Position numbers and translations under genes: made by a program. A stretch of 64,000 bases of DNA, from NCBI GenBank assembly GCA_016786725.1, contig JAEUVU010000005.1:270-64269 (forward strand), in the 5' to 3' direction. Source of the DNA: Ferruginibacter sp. Its GTDB lineage: Bacteria; Bacteroidota; Bacteroidia; Chitinophagales; Chitinophagaceae. The number at the start of each line of letters is the position of its first letter. Positions within the stretch are counted from its first letter, which is position 1. The notes below the pieces were generated by a model, which saw only the letters and a list, made by a program, of their open reading frames with translations, did not search any database and was not told where the DNA came from. Below are positions 27,856 through 37,356 of this stretch, one piece after another.

Positions 27856-28680
27856 TTAATCCAGCTTATCTCCCTTCAGTAACTCATCCATATCCCGGTC
27901 ATCGCTGATCTTGCCTTTGGCTTCAAGCATACGCATATCTTTTGCATCCTGCAGAAATTCTGATGCAAAAATGAAGTTGTTCAGCCGTTCATTTTTTGAG
28001 AAGATGATGTCTTTTTTATTGCCGGTCCATTCTTTTTTGCCTTCAAACAGGTAGATGATATTTTCACCCATTTCCATTACGCTGTTCATGTCGTGGGTGT
28101 TGATTACGGTGGTCATGTTGAACTCCCTGGTAATATCCAGTATCAGCTTATCTATTACCATCGAAGTCTGCGGATCAAGTCCGGAGTTGGGTTCATCACA
28201 AAATAAAAATTTGGGGTTAAGCACAATAGCCCGGGCAATACCCACCCTTTTTTTCATGCCACCGCTTAATTCGGCGGGGTATTTTTTATTCACTCCCTCT
28301 AAATTAACACGGGCAAGCACTTCGTTAACCCGTTTTAATTTATCCCTGAAATTATTTTTAGTGAACATATCAAGCGGGAACATGATATTCTGTTCAACAG
28401 TCATACTGTCGAACAAAGCAGAACCCTGGAAGAGCATACCGATCTGCTGGCGCAGTTCTTTGCGTTCATCCACATTCATATCAGTAAAGCTCATGCCATC
28501 ATAAATGATCTCTCCTTCATCGGGTTCAAACAACCCAACCAGGCATTTTTGTAAAACTGTTTTACCGCTGCCGCTCTGGCCAATGATCAGGTTTGCTTTG
28601 CCGGTTTCCATTACGTGGCTTACATCGTCAAGCACAACCTTTTCGCCAAAACTCTTTCTTATGTTTTTAAATTCAATCAT
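27856..28680 (-). CDS. ABC transporter ATP-binding protein (MlaF-like)
   Basis: ORF trimmed to ATG 28680 (MIEFKNIRKSFG). Walker A GQSGSGKT, signature LSGGMKKR, Walker B LFCDEPNSGLD. Downstream of an MlaE-like permease. Confidence 0.88.
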   Translation of the reverse strand: MIEFKNIRKSFGEKVVLDDVSHVMETGKANLIIGQSGSGKTVLQKCLVGLFEPDEGEIIYDGMSFTDMNVDERKELRQQIGMLFQGSALFDSMTVEQNIMFPLDMFTKNNFRDKLKRVNEVLARVNLEGVNKKYPAELSGGMKKRVGIARAIVLNPKFLFCDEPNSGLDPQTSMVIDKLILDITREFNMTTVINTHDMNSVMEMGENIIYLFEGKKEWTGNKKDIIFSKNERLNNFIFASEFLQDAKDMRMLEAKGKISDDRDMDELLKGDKLD

Positions 28681-28706
28681 GCCCCAAATCCGCCAGCCGG
28701 CGGAGT
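28681..28706. repeat. G/C hairpin module (GCCCCAAATCCGCCAGCCGGCGGAG)
   Basis: Resembles the 21428 copy (CCTCCGCCGGCGGCGGGGGC). Abuts the mlaF-like start codon. Confidence 0.55.
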
Positions 28707-28749
28707 TTTTTTTTGACTCTAAATATTTTAGAGGGTTATAAAAAATCAT

Positions 28750-28783
28750 CCTTCTCCTTTACCCTTTAGGGGACAGAGGTGGC
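28750..28783. repeat. GC-rich hairpin repeat (CCTTCTCCTTTACCCTTTAGGGGACAGAGGTGGC)
   Basis: Direct reading. Lies just 3' of the mlaE-like stop. Confidence 0.5.
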
Positions 28784-28787
28784 TATT

Positions 28788-29531
28788 CTATTTATTCAGC
28801 AACAGCGCAGCCAGCACATAGTCTGCAAACAAAATCATCACACAACTTACAACCACACTTTTGGTACTGCTACGGCCAATTTCCAAAGCGCCACCTTTTA
28901 CATAGTAACCATAATATGATGGAATAGAACTGATGATAAAGGAAAAAGTATAGGCTTTTACCAAAGCAAAAAATACATTATAGGGTACAAAATTCAGTAT
29001 CAGGCCCATGTCATAAGTATCGGTGGATAATATTTTGGTTGCAGCACCGGCAAGCCTTCCGCCTACAATACCCAGCACCATTGATAAAACCACCAGCATG
29101 GGTATAGTAATTAAACAGGCTGCTATTTTAGGCATTATCAAATAGGATTTGGTATTGATGCCCATGATCTCCAATGCATCTATTTGTTCGCTCACACGCA
29201 TGTTGCCCAGTTCGCTGGCAATTTTGCTGCCAACCACACCGGCCAGTACAATACAAACCACGGTTGGCGCAAATTCAAGTATCACGGTATCTCTTACAAT
29301 TTGTGCAATGGTAGTGAGCGGTATCAGCGGGCTCACCAGCTGGTAAGATGTTTGCACTGCACTAACAGCACCCATAAAAAATGAAATGATAATAACAATA
29401 CCCAGCGATCCGATGCCGATTTCCACACACTGGTGCATAAGCTCCTTCCAGTACATACGCATATTCTCAGGCCTGGTAAACATGCCTTTGAGCATTAGAA
29501 GGTAACGGCCAAAGTGATTGAAAAAAAGCAT
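28788..29531 (-). CDS. MlaE-family ABC transporter permease
   Basis: 247 aa, multi-TM. Blocks SLGIVIIISFFMGAVSAVQ and TDTYDMGL are typical of the MlaE/Ttg2B family. Confidence 0.85.
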   Translation of the reverse strand: MLFFNHFGRYLLMLKGMFTRPENMRMYWKELMHQCVEIGIGSLGIVIIISFFMGAVSAVQTSYQLVSPLIPLTTIAQIVRDTVILEFAPTVVCIVLAGVVGSKIASELGNMRVSEQIDALEIMGINTKSYLIMPKIAACLITIPMLVVLSMVLGIVGGRLAGAATKILSTDTYDMGLILNFVPYNVFFALVKAYTFSFIISSIPSYYGYYVKGGALEIGRSSTKSVVVSCVMILFADYVLAALLLNK

Positions 29532-29534
29532 AGT

Positions 29535-29632
29535 CTTGTACGATGTATGTTGTTAGATGTACGAATGTATGATTATTTAATTTGCACCAGCCTGGCGTAC
29601 ATCGTACATCTGGCATATCAAACATCGTACCT
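29535..29632. repeat. TACGATGTA / TACATCGTA word block (inverted copies)
   Basis: GTACGATGTA (29538), GATGTACGA (29556), GTACATCGTACATC (29597) and CATCGTAC (29623), between the maeB stop and the mlaE-like start. Confidence 0.65.
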
Positions 29633-29638
29633 GTAAAA

Positions 29639-31987
29639 TTAAGCCTCTTTTGCAGTGCTGCTTTTCCGTTTCCACCATTTACTTTTTTTTACCTCTTCTT
29701 TAGTATTTGTGATGCATTTGATTTGTGCATCTACCACGGCAATCAATACCATATTAAAGATAGAGCGGATGGAACTTCCCAACTGCAAAACGTGAACTGG
29801 TTTGTTGAGGCCAAGCAAAATAGGGCCGATGGAATCTGTTCCGCCAACTTCCTGCAGCAGATTGTAGGCAATATTACCTGCTGCCAGGTTGGGGAAGATA
29901 AGTGTGTTTACATCGCCGCTCAGTAATTCAGTAAAAGGATAATTCTCTTTCAATATCTCTTTGTTGAAAGCAAGAATACCCTGTACTTCACCATCGCAGA
30001 TGAGTGAAGGGTCTTTTTCTTTTACGATCTCCCTTGCACGGCGAACCAGGTTTGCCTCCGGCGAATCGCTGCTGCCGAAGTTGGAGTAGGAGAGCATGGC
30101 GATCCTTGGCTTCAGGTTAAACAATTTCACTTCTTTGGCAACCAGTAAAGTTATTTCGGCCAGTTCTTCTGCAGTAGGATTGAAGTTCACCGTAGTATCA
30201 GCCAAAAATAGAGGGCCACGTTTGGTGAACATGATGTACATACCGGCAATTTTTTTAACACCCGGTTCTGTACCTACAATATGCAGGGCCGGACGAATAG
30301 TATCAGGATAATTCCTGCTCAGGCCGCTGATCATACCATCTGCCTCACACCTGTCAACCAGCATGCAACCAAAATGGTTGCGGTCCTTCATCGCTTTATA
30401 ACTTTCATACCGGTTAATGCCCTTGCGCTGCCTTTTTTCAAAAAAGAGGTCGCCGTATTCTTTTCTCAACTCTTCATGTTCATCGTCGGCAGGGTTCATA
30501 ATAGGCATTCCTTCCAGGTCTATACCATTTTCTTCCGCCATTTTTTTGATCCTTTCGGGCCTGCCAAGTAAAATGGGATAAGCAACGCCTTCTTCAAGCA
30601 CCAGTTGTGCTACTTTTAATATTTTGATGTTTTCTGCATCGGCAAAAACAATACGCTTAGGATCTTTACGTGCCTTGCTGCCGATAACACGGCTTAACTG
30701 GTTACCCAAACCAAGGCGGCTGTTCAGGTCTTCTTCATATTTATCCCAATCTACAATTGGATATTTTGCCACACCACTTTCCATGGCAGCTCTTGCAACA
30801 GCAGGTGCCACTGTTGCCAATAAACGTGGGTCCAAAGGTTTTGGAATGATATAGGTTGGCCCGAAGGTGATCGTTTTTTCATTGTAAGCAAGATTCACAA
30901 TATCCGGCACCGGCGCTTTTGCAAGTTCGGCCAAAGCTTTTACTGCGGCCAGTTTCATGGCTTCGTTAATAGCAGTTGAACGTACATCCAATGCGCCTCT
31001 GAAAATATATGGGAAGCCCAGTACATTGTTTACCTGGTTGGGATAATCACTGCGGCCTGTTGCCATGATGATATCTTTACGGGAAGCAACTGCAAGCTCA
31101 TAGTTAATTTCCGGGGTTGGGTTAGCCATCGCAAAAACGATGGGATTTTTTGCCATGCTTTTCACCATCTCCGCTGTAACAACGTTGCCAATACTCAGGC
31201 CGATAAATACATCAGCATCTTTCATCGCCCTTGCAAGATCATAGTTTTTATATTTTGCATCCACGCAAAATTTGGCTTTCATTTCTTCCACATCAGGCCG
31301 GCCTTTATACAATATTCCCTTGCGGTCGAAAACCATGAAGTTGCTGTGCTTTGCACCGAGAGATTCATATAATTGTATGCAGGCAAACGCTGCCGCACCG
31401 GCTCCATTCACTACAAATCTTACTTTATCAATTTTCTTTTTTTGAAGTATCAACGCATTCAATAATGCAGCAGCGCTGATGATGGCTGTGCCGTGCTGAT
31501 CATCGTGCATGATGGGTATTTTGCAACGCTTCTTCAGTTCCTGTTCAATATAAAAACACTCAGGCGCTTTTATATCTTCTAAATTAATACCACCAAATGT
31601 TGGCTCCAGCGATTGCACAATCTGCACAAATTTCTCCGGGTCGGTTTCGTTGATCTCGATATCGAACACATCAATATCAGCAAATATTTTAAACAATACG
31701 CCCTTACCTTCCATTACTGGTTTACCTGCTTCGGGGCCAATATTGCCCAGGCCTAAAACGGCTGTACCATTGCTGATAACACCCACCAGGTTTCCTTTGG
31801 CAGTGTATTTATAAACATCTTCAGGGTTGGCTGCAATTTCCAGGCAGGGTTCGGCAACGCCGGGGGAGTATGCAAGTGAAAGGTCTCTTTGTGTTTTGGC
31901 CTCTTTGGTGGGTATCACTTCAATTTTACCCGGGCGGCCTTTTGAGTGGTAATCTAAAGCTTCCTGTTTACGTAAGTCTTTTGCCAT
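29639..31987 (-). CDS. maeB: NADP-dependent malic enzyme (malic enzyme plus PTA-like domain)
   Basis: 782 aa. [12 protein letters not shown](P)-binding [13 protein letters not shown]-terminal phosphate acetyltransferase-like half. Confidence 0.92.
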   Translation of the reverse strand: MAKDLRKQEALDYHSKGRPGKIEVIPTKEAKTQRDLSLAYSPGVAEPCLEIAANPEDVYKYTAKGNLVGVISNGTAVLGLGNIGPEAGKPVMEGKGVLFKIFADIDVFDIEINETDPEKFVQIVQSLEPTFGGINLEDIKAPECFYIEQELKKRCKIPIMHDDQHGTAIISAAALLNALILQKKKIDKVRFVVNGAGAAAFACIQLYESLGAKHSNFMVFDRKGILYKGRPDVEEMKAKFCVDAKYKNYDLARAMKDADVFIGLSIGNVVTAEMVKSMAKNPIVFAMANPTPEINYELAVASRKDIIMATGRSDYPNQVNNVLGFPYIFRGALDVRSTAINEAMKLAAVKALAELAKAPVPDIVNLAYNEKTITFGPTYIIPKPLDPRLLATVAPAVARAAMESGVAKYPIVDWDKYEEDLNSRLGLGNQLSRVIGSKARKDPKRIVFADAENIKILKVAQLVLEEGVAYPILLGRPERIKKMAEENGIDLEGMPIMNPADDEHEELRKEYGDLFFEKRQRKGINRYESYKAMKDRNHFGCMLVDRCEADGMISGLSRNYPDTIRPALHIVGTEPGVKKIAGMYIMFTKRGPLFLADTTVNFNPTAEELAEITLLVAKEVKLFNLKPRIAMLSYSNFGSSDSPEANLVRRAREIVKEKDPSLICDGEVQGILAFNKEILKENYPFTELLSGDVNTLIFPNLAAGNIAYNLLQEVGGTDSIGPILLGLNKPVHVLQLGSSIRSIFNMVLIAVVDAQIKCITNTKEEVKKSKWWKRKSSTAKEA

Positions 31988-32000
31988 AAAATATATTTAC

Positions 32001-32033
32001 TCCTCACCCCGCAGTGGCGGAGAAATGGAGAAG
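32001..32033. repeat. GC-rich repeat with CCTCACCCC arm
   Basis: TCCTCACCCCGCAGTGGCGGAGAAATGGAGAAG, immediately upstream of the maeB ATG. Confidence 0.5.
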
Positions 32034-32190
32034 ATTATGTTTTAATTTTTTTTGTAGCAAGCATTTGAATTTCTGTTCAGCATAGCTGTGTTATTCACTT
32101 GTACTGCAACAATACTACTGAACTTTTTAATCCCATACATCTGAAAACAAATTGCCGGGGAGGTGCAATTTACGTAATAGTAAGTTTATA

Positions 32191-32682
32191 TCAGGTTATA
32201 TTAGATTTAACTTTAAAACTCCAGGTAACAGCAAACTCAGCTACAATTTCTCCGGCCTCATTTTTACCAACTGATCTTGATGTAATTGTTTTCCCTTCTT
32301 TGCTGCTGATGGCATCTTCAATAGTTTGTTTAATAACAGCGCCATCTTCGCAGGTAAAAACGGTGATGCCGGTTGCTTTTTTAAAAAACTCGCCTTCGAT
32401 TTTTACCACCAGCATACTTACAGGCAGTTGCCTTTTGTGCAGGTGTATCAGGCATAGCAGGCCGGTACTCATTTCTGCAGCCATGCTCAGGCACGCAAAA
32501 TAAGTGCTTTTAAAAGGGTTTTGGCTAAGCCATTTGTAAGGAACTTTTACGGAACATTTATTTTCATCTGCATCCACAACCCTTACCCCGCAAAAAAATG
32601 CGCTGGGCAATTTGGCCAGCATGAACAATTTGAATTTGAAAGGATGCTTTATGAGTTGGAGGAATCCAGCGGCGTTACCCAT
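32191..32682 (-). CDS. DUF4442-like hotdog-fold protein
   Basis: 163 aa. The N-terminal FKFKLFMLAKLPSAFFCGVRV pattern matches my memory of DUF4442; tentative. Confidence 0.55.
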   Translation of the reverse strand: MGNAAGFLQLIKHPFKFKLFMLAKLPSAFFCGVRVVDADENKCSVKVPYKWLSQNPFKSTYFACLSMAAEMSTGLLCLIHLHKRQLPVSMLVVKIEGEFFKKATGITVFTCEDGAVIKQTIEDAISSKEGKTITSRSVGKNEAGEIVAEFAVTWSFKVKSNIT

Positions 32683-32686
32683 GATC

Positions 32687-32767
32687 GATTTTAGGTTTTA
32701 GATTGCCGAATTTAGATATCATTAGATTGCGGGTTCCTCATAAATCTACAATCGTCAATCTAAAATC
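32687..32767. repeat. TTTAGATTG / CAATCTAAA word block (direct then inverted copies)
   Basis: GATTTTAGGTTTTAGATTG, TTTAGAT and TTAGATTGC, followed by AATCTACAATCGTCAATCTAAAATC. Confidence 0.65.
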
Positions 32768-32775
32768 AGCAATTT

Positions 32776-33264
32776 TTATTTGTACTGTTTAGGATCCAGT
32801 GCCTTTGGTCCCCACATTTCTAAAAACATCCGTACTTTGTACGGATCGTAACTACGTTTACCATCTTCAAGGTATTCGCTGTTTTGTGTATGAATGCGTT
32901 CGCCTTTTTCATTTAAGATGATGAACACCGGAAAACCAAAACGCTGGGCATAACCATACTTGGCAAACACGGCTTTGTTCTCATTCTCTTTGCTGTAGTT
33001 TAAATGATACCAAATAAAGTTTGCATTCATCACCGAATCAACCTTTGGCTCAGCTTTGGCAAAGCGTGCAAACTCAATGCACCAGCGGCACCAGTTGCCG
33101 CCGGCCTGCAGCAGCACATATTTTTTTTCGGCTTTGGCTTTTTTTAATGCATCAGCAATATCAGCTTCAGCATTGGCATTGGGGTGATAAAGTTTTGCGC
33201 TATCCTGTGCATTGGCAACAAAGCCGGTGATAGAAAGTGCAACCATTAATATAAGATTCTTCAT
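32776..33264 (-). CDS. secreted thioredoxin-fold protein (CxxC)
   Basis: Signal peptide. The GGNWCRWC active-site-like motif follows the KKYVLLQAG beta-strand. Starts 3 nt after the peptidase stop. Confidence 0.7.
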   Translation of the reverse strand: MKNLILMVALSITGFVANAQDSAKLYHPNANAEADIADALKKAKAEKKYVLLQAGGNWCRWCIEFARFAKAEPKVDSVMNANFIWYHLNYSKENENKAVFAKYGYAQRFGFPVFIILNEKGERIHTQNSEYLEDGKRSYDPYKVRMFLEMWGPKALDPKQYK

Positions 33265-33267
33265 TCG

Positions 33268-34848
33268 TTATTTTTTTACTTCTACCACGCTGATAACAGC
33301 ATTTTGATTACCTGCCCTGAAATTTATTGTTCCGTTACTGCCTGCTGAAAACTGCACACCGCTAACGCTGTTTTGTTGTAATGCCGATGCAACCTTTGCA
33401 CCATAATCGGCGCCGCTGCTTTTGCTGATGGCATTGTTTACGGCATACCAGTCGAGCGGCTGCTTTGTTACCACAACCGCAAACACATCTTTGTTGCCAA
33501 CATTGTCGGGCACTAAACTTTTACCCCGTGGAAACAAACGGTAACCGGTTATGCCGCAATAAGGAGAGAAAGCAGTTTTGGTTGCATCTTCTTTACTTGG
33601 GTAAGGAAAGAGGGTGTAACTGCTGCCATCAGTTTCCTGCCCGAAAATGTAGATATTGCATTCGGTAGAATTTTTAATCTCCATTTTAAATTTAGTGCCC
33701 GGTGCAACTGTATTAGCTGTTTCAAAAACATTGCCTCCTTTCAACCGTAAAGGAATATATTGTTTATCATCATTTTTTACCAGGCCAATTGCGGCTTCAA
33801 AACCAATGCTGGTTGCAGCGCCACGTTTAGGCATCGGATCAACACCATAGGCTTCACGTACAAACTCTTTAAAATCGGCATAGCGTACCCAGCCAACGCC
33901 ATTAACGCCCCATTCGGGCCCCCAGCTGTTCATGATCTGGAATGCCTGTTTGCGGTCGTCGTAACCAATCACACACATAGCATGGCCGCCAAAACCCATC
34001 TGGCTGCGGTCTTCATCAGTTGGCGCCCACATTTCCCTGCCCATCATGCCCTGCATAAAACTGCCGCCCACCATCATGCCAATAACCACCGGTGCATCTT
34101 TTGCCAGGTGTTCTTTTACTGCTCTTACACTGATGCCCTGTGTGCTTTCCCCATCTGTTAATCTTGTAAAACCATGTAATTTATTTTGTGCGGCTTTACT
34201 TTCCAGTGATGCGTTGGGTTGCCTGGTGCAATCCTGTTCATCATAAGGAAAATCATTGTATGGCACTACTCCTCTTGTGCTCATAAATTCCATCGCATTT
34301 TGTATATAAGCCCCCTGGCAACCTTCAAGGCCTATCTGGTTGTAAACAAATGCGGGGCTGTATGCAGTGCTGTTGCCGCTGATGTTTTTTGATGCCGCTT
34401 CTACAATGGTACGTGCAGCATAGGTACTGCTCCAGGCAACACAGCTTCCCTGCTGTCCCTGGTTTTGCCTGTCGGGTGCAAACCTTAAAAGCGATACCAT
34501 TTCGGGTAACGGATTTTTAGTATTGTCGTCGGCCAGGCCTTCATATACATTTGCTTTTTTAAATTGCTCGGGACTAAAGCTGTAACCGCTTTGAGAAAAA
34601 AGATTGCTCACCACATCAGACCCGCTGCAGGAAGATCCGTGTCTGAAAAAGAAAAAGTAAGCCGCTGCAGCCGCAATCAGCAGCAATATAATTTTTTTAC
34701 CGCCGCCACCACCCCTGAACAAGGAGAGCAACAAGGGCAGGAAGGCAAGCAAGCCGCCGCCACCGCCCGATCCGCCACCACCCCTTGAGGTATTACTGTC
34801 ATCAAAATCCTGTTGATCCATCGGATCATCTTCCATACGTATTGGCAT
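33268..34848 (-). CDS. membrane-anchored papain-like (C1) cysteine peptidase with DUF4384-like C-terminal domain
   Basis: QGQQGSCVAWSSTYA (catalytic Cys), GGHAMCVIGYD (His), MNSWGPEWGVNGVGW (Asn/Trp). Acidic, Gly-rich N-terminus with a hydrophobic anchor. The C-terminal beta-rich region (NIYIFGQETDGSSYTLFP) resembles DUF4384. Confidence 0.8.
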   Translation of the reverse strand: MPIRMEDDPMDQQDFDDSNTSRGGGGSGGGGGLLAFLPLLLSLFRGGGGGKKIILLLIAAAAAYFFFFRHGSSCSGSDVVSNLFSQSGYSFSPEQFKKANVYEGLADDNTKNPLPEMVSLLRFAPDRQNQGQQGSCVAWSSTYAARTIVEAASKNISGNSTAYSPAFVYNQIGLEGCQGAYIQNAMEFMSTRGVVPYNDFPYDEQDCTRQPNASLESKAAQNKLHGFTRLTDGESTQGISVRAVKEHLAKDAPVVIGMMVGGSFMQGMMGREMWAPTDEDRSQMGFGGHAMCVIGYDDRKQAFQIMNSWGPEWGVNGVGWVRYADFKEFVREAYGVDPMPKRGAATSIGFEAAIGLVKNDDKQYIPLRLKGGNVFETANTVAPGTKFKMEIKNSTECNIYIFGQETDGSSYTLFPYPSKEDATKTAFSPYCGITGYRLFPRGKSLVPDNVGNKDVFAVVVTKQPLDWYAVNNAISKSSGADYGAKVASALQQNSVSGVQFSAGSNGTINFRAGNQNAVISVVEVKK

Positions 34849-34919
34849 AGTAAAAAAGTTTAGGGTTTAAATGTAAGGAGAATTTTTAGAATCAGCGAAA
34901 TCATAAATAATCAAGCAAA

Positions 34920-37337
34920 TCAGCGATTTTCTTTCTCCAGTATTTCAAACTCCCTGCTTACGCTGATGCCGTTTTCATCAACCAAAGTAAGTATATGTTT
35001 TCCGGGTGCTGGATTCAATCCAAGCTGGTGAAAATTTTGTGTAGTGCCCACAAATGCATCATCAATACTCCAGAAAATTTTTGCCCCTGCACGGCGATGT
35101 GCTGCTGTGAAGATGGTTTTGCCACGTTCGCCGTTTATTTCCAGCGGCACATAAATTTTTGCATCGGGTTGCGGGTAGATGATCTCAATCAGTTTACCGC
35201 TTTCAGCAAAATCACAGCCAGGCTTAAAGGGTGGTAGTGGAATGTAATCTATATTTCGCTGCCTGTAATAAAATTCCATAGCAGGGGATAAAATGAACCA
35301 GCTTTTGTGCTGCATCGTTGATGGTGATTCACACTGAGCCGTAACACGGTAAGTTCCGGTAGCATCGAGGTGAATTATTTTATGGTAACTGCAAAGAGGT
35401 GCTTTAAGTGCATTGGGCGGCATGAATAAGGTATCAACATCCGGGCAATCAACATTAGCACGATAACCGCTTTGCCTGCAAACCGGCATGTACGTGTAAT
35501 TGTATTTTGGTTTTTCAAACCATTTGGTGCTGGGCAGCAATCGAAAAATATCAAACAGAATGGGCGCTGCTGTTTGTATGCCAACCAACCCCGGCCTTCC
35601 TTCACCATCGGTGTTGCCAACCCAAACGGCCACTACATTTTTGGGTGTTAAACCAATCGCCCATCCATCTCTAAAGCCAAAGCTGGTTCCGGTTTTCCAG
35701 GCAATTTTTTGGGAGGAGGTGAACTGCTGCCACAGGCCTTCTTCGCCGGGCCGCATAACATCCTGCATGGCATTAAAAGTAAACCAGATGGAAGTAGCAT
35801 CTAATGGAATGTTTCTTGTTTCTGGTTTGTTGTTCGTTGTGCGTTGTTCGCTGTTCGTTGAAGTATATTTTGCCGAATGAAAATCTGCTGCATCTATCTT
35901 GCCATAATTTTTTGTTTGATGATTTAATGCTCGTGCCATGGATGCATATACACCGGCAATGTCCCACATATTTACTTCGCAACCGCCGAGTATCAAACTT
36001 AAACCATAAAAATCGGCGTTGTTATTTAAGGTTGTAATGCCGCATTGCTGCAGCGTTTCATAAAAGCGCTGGTATTTATATTGCTGCAGCATTTTTACCG
36101 CAGGCACATTTAAACTTCTTGCCAAAGCTCTTCCGGCAGGTACAGCGCCATCATAACTCAAATCGAAATTTTTCGGAGCATAGCTACCGATCTGTGTAGG
36201 GATATCCGGTATGATTGAGTTGGGCAGAATTTGCCCATCGCTTAATGTAGCGGCATACAAAATTGGTTTTAATGCACTGCCCGGGCTGCGTGGCGCTGCA
36301 ATTACATCCACATCAGCTTCCATTTCTTTATTGTTTACATCGGCAATATTGCCAACATAAACAATGGTGTTTCCTGTTTCTACATCCAGCACCAATGCAC
36401 AGGCATTGTTGATGCCATTGCCTTTTAAAACAGATTGATGTTGTTGTAAAATGATGCCGACATTTTTCTGCAGATTACCATCAAGCGTGGTTTTGATTTT
36501 TGTTTCCTGCTTCCGGTTTTTGTTGTCTTTTATAAATCGCTGCAATAAATGCGAAGCATTTTGCGGCAAGCGATATGGTTCGTTTGGTAAGGGCTCCAGC
36601 CTGGCAAGTTCTGCAGTTGCCTTGTCAATTTTTCCTGTCTGCAATAAATTATCAAGCAGCGTATTTCTTTTTTGCAATAAAACCTTCCTGTTTTTACCCG
36701 GATGAACCAGTGAAGGGGCATTGGGCAAAACAGCCAGTGCAGCCATTTCGCCCCAGCTTAATTTATCGGCGCTGCGGCCATAGTAGCGCCAGGCTGCAGC
36801 ATCCAGGCCAACAATATTGCTGCCGAATGGTGCATTGCTGGCATACAAGGCCAGTATGTTTTTTTTAGAATAAGAAAGTTCCAGCCGCACCGCCATAATG
36901 CTTTCTTTTATTTTATTCCAGATACTTCTCTTGTCATTTTTATTAGAAAGCCTGATGACCTGCATGCTGATGGTGCTGCCGCCTTGCACAACACCTTTGT
37001 TCTTTATGTTTTTGATAGCGGCCCGGCAGATTGCAACAGGATCAACGCCGGGGTGTTTAAAAAAACGTCTGTCTTCAAAAGTGGTGATGCAGTCAATAAA
37101 TTTTTGCGGCACATTTTTGTTGTAAGGAAAGCGCCATTGTCCATCAGCAGCGATGGTTGCGTTCAGCAGGTTGCCATCTTTATCTTCAATTACATAACAG
37201 GTTGGTGTACGAAATAACTTTGACGGGAGAGCCAGCCAGAAACAGGTTAGCAAAGCAATCAACACAATCAATTTAATTTTTGATCTGACGCTGCTTGATT
37301 TTAATCTGATTATTATGTTATTGAAAACTCTGCTCAC
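34920..37337 (-). CDS. pbpC: penicillin-binding protein 1C
   Basis: GTG start. TM anchor, glycosyltransferase motifs EDRRFFKHPGVD and GGSTISMQ, transpeptidase SxxK (GSALKP) and KTGTS, PBP1C C-terminal domain. Directly downstream of an A2M lipoprotein gene. Confidence 0.9.
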   Translation of the reverse strand: MSRVFNNIIIRLKSSSVRSKIKLIVLIALLTCFWLALPSKLFRTPTCYVIEDKDGNLLNATIAADGQWRFPYNKNVPQKFIDCITTFEDRRFFKHPGVDPVAICRAAIKNIKNKGVVQGGSTISMQVIRLSNKNDKRSIWNKIKESIMAVRLELSYSKKNILALYASNAPFGSNIVGLDAAAWRYYGRSADKLSWGEMAALAVLPNAPSLVHPGKNRKVLLQKRNTLLDNLLQTGKIDKATAELARLEPLPNEPYRLPQNASHLLQRFIKDNKNRKQETKIKTTLDGNLQKNVGIILQQHQSVLKGNGINNACALVLDVETGNTIVYVGNIADVNNKEMEADVDVIAAPRSPGSALKPILYAATLSDGQILPNSIIPDIPTQIGSYAPKNFDLSYDGAVPAGRALARSLNVPAVKMLQQYKYQRFYETLQQCGITTLNNNADFYGLSLILGGCEVNMWDIAGVYASMARALNHQTKNYGKIDAADFHSAKYTSTNSEQRTTNNKPETRNIPLDATSIWFTFNAMQDVMRPGEEGLWQQFTSSQKIAWKTGTSFGFRDGWAIGLTPKNVVAVWVGNTDGEGRPGLVGIQTAAPILFDIFRLLPSTKWFEKPKYNYTYMPVCRQSGYRANVDCPDVDTLFMPPNALKAPLCSYHKIIHLDATGTYRVTAQCESPSTMQHKSWFILSPAMEFYYRQRNIDYIPLPPFKPGCDFAESGKLIEIIYPQPDAKIYVPLEINGERGKTIFTAAHRRAGAKIFWSIDDAFVGTTQNFHQLGLNPAPGKHILTLVDENGISVSREFEILEKENR
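35811..35860. repeat. GAACAACG word block in frame inside pbpC
   Basis: Plus strand GTTTCTTGTTTCTGGTTTGTTGTTCGTTGTGCGTTGTTCGCTGTTCGTTG, translated STNSEQRTTNNKPETRN. Confidence 0.7.
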
Positions 37338-37356
37338 AATATTGGTAAGGTTATAA

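Noticed and set aside
28681-28749. Upstream extension of the mlaF-like ORF
   Set aside because: The extension reads through a repeat element, whereas the canonical ABC N-terminus MIEFKNIRKSFG begins at ATG 28680.
34640-34800. C-rich runs in the peptidase gene as possible hairpin elements
   Set aside because: The plus-strand runs are C-only with no complementary G run nearby, so no hairpin forms. They encode poly-Gly tracts (GGGGSGGGGG, GGGGG) that look like a native low-complexity N-terminus.
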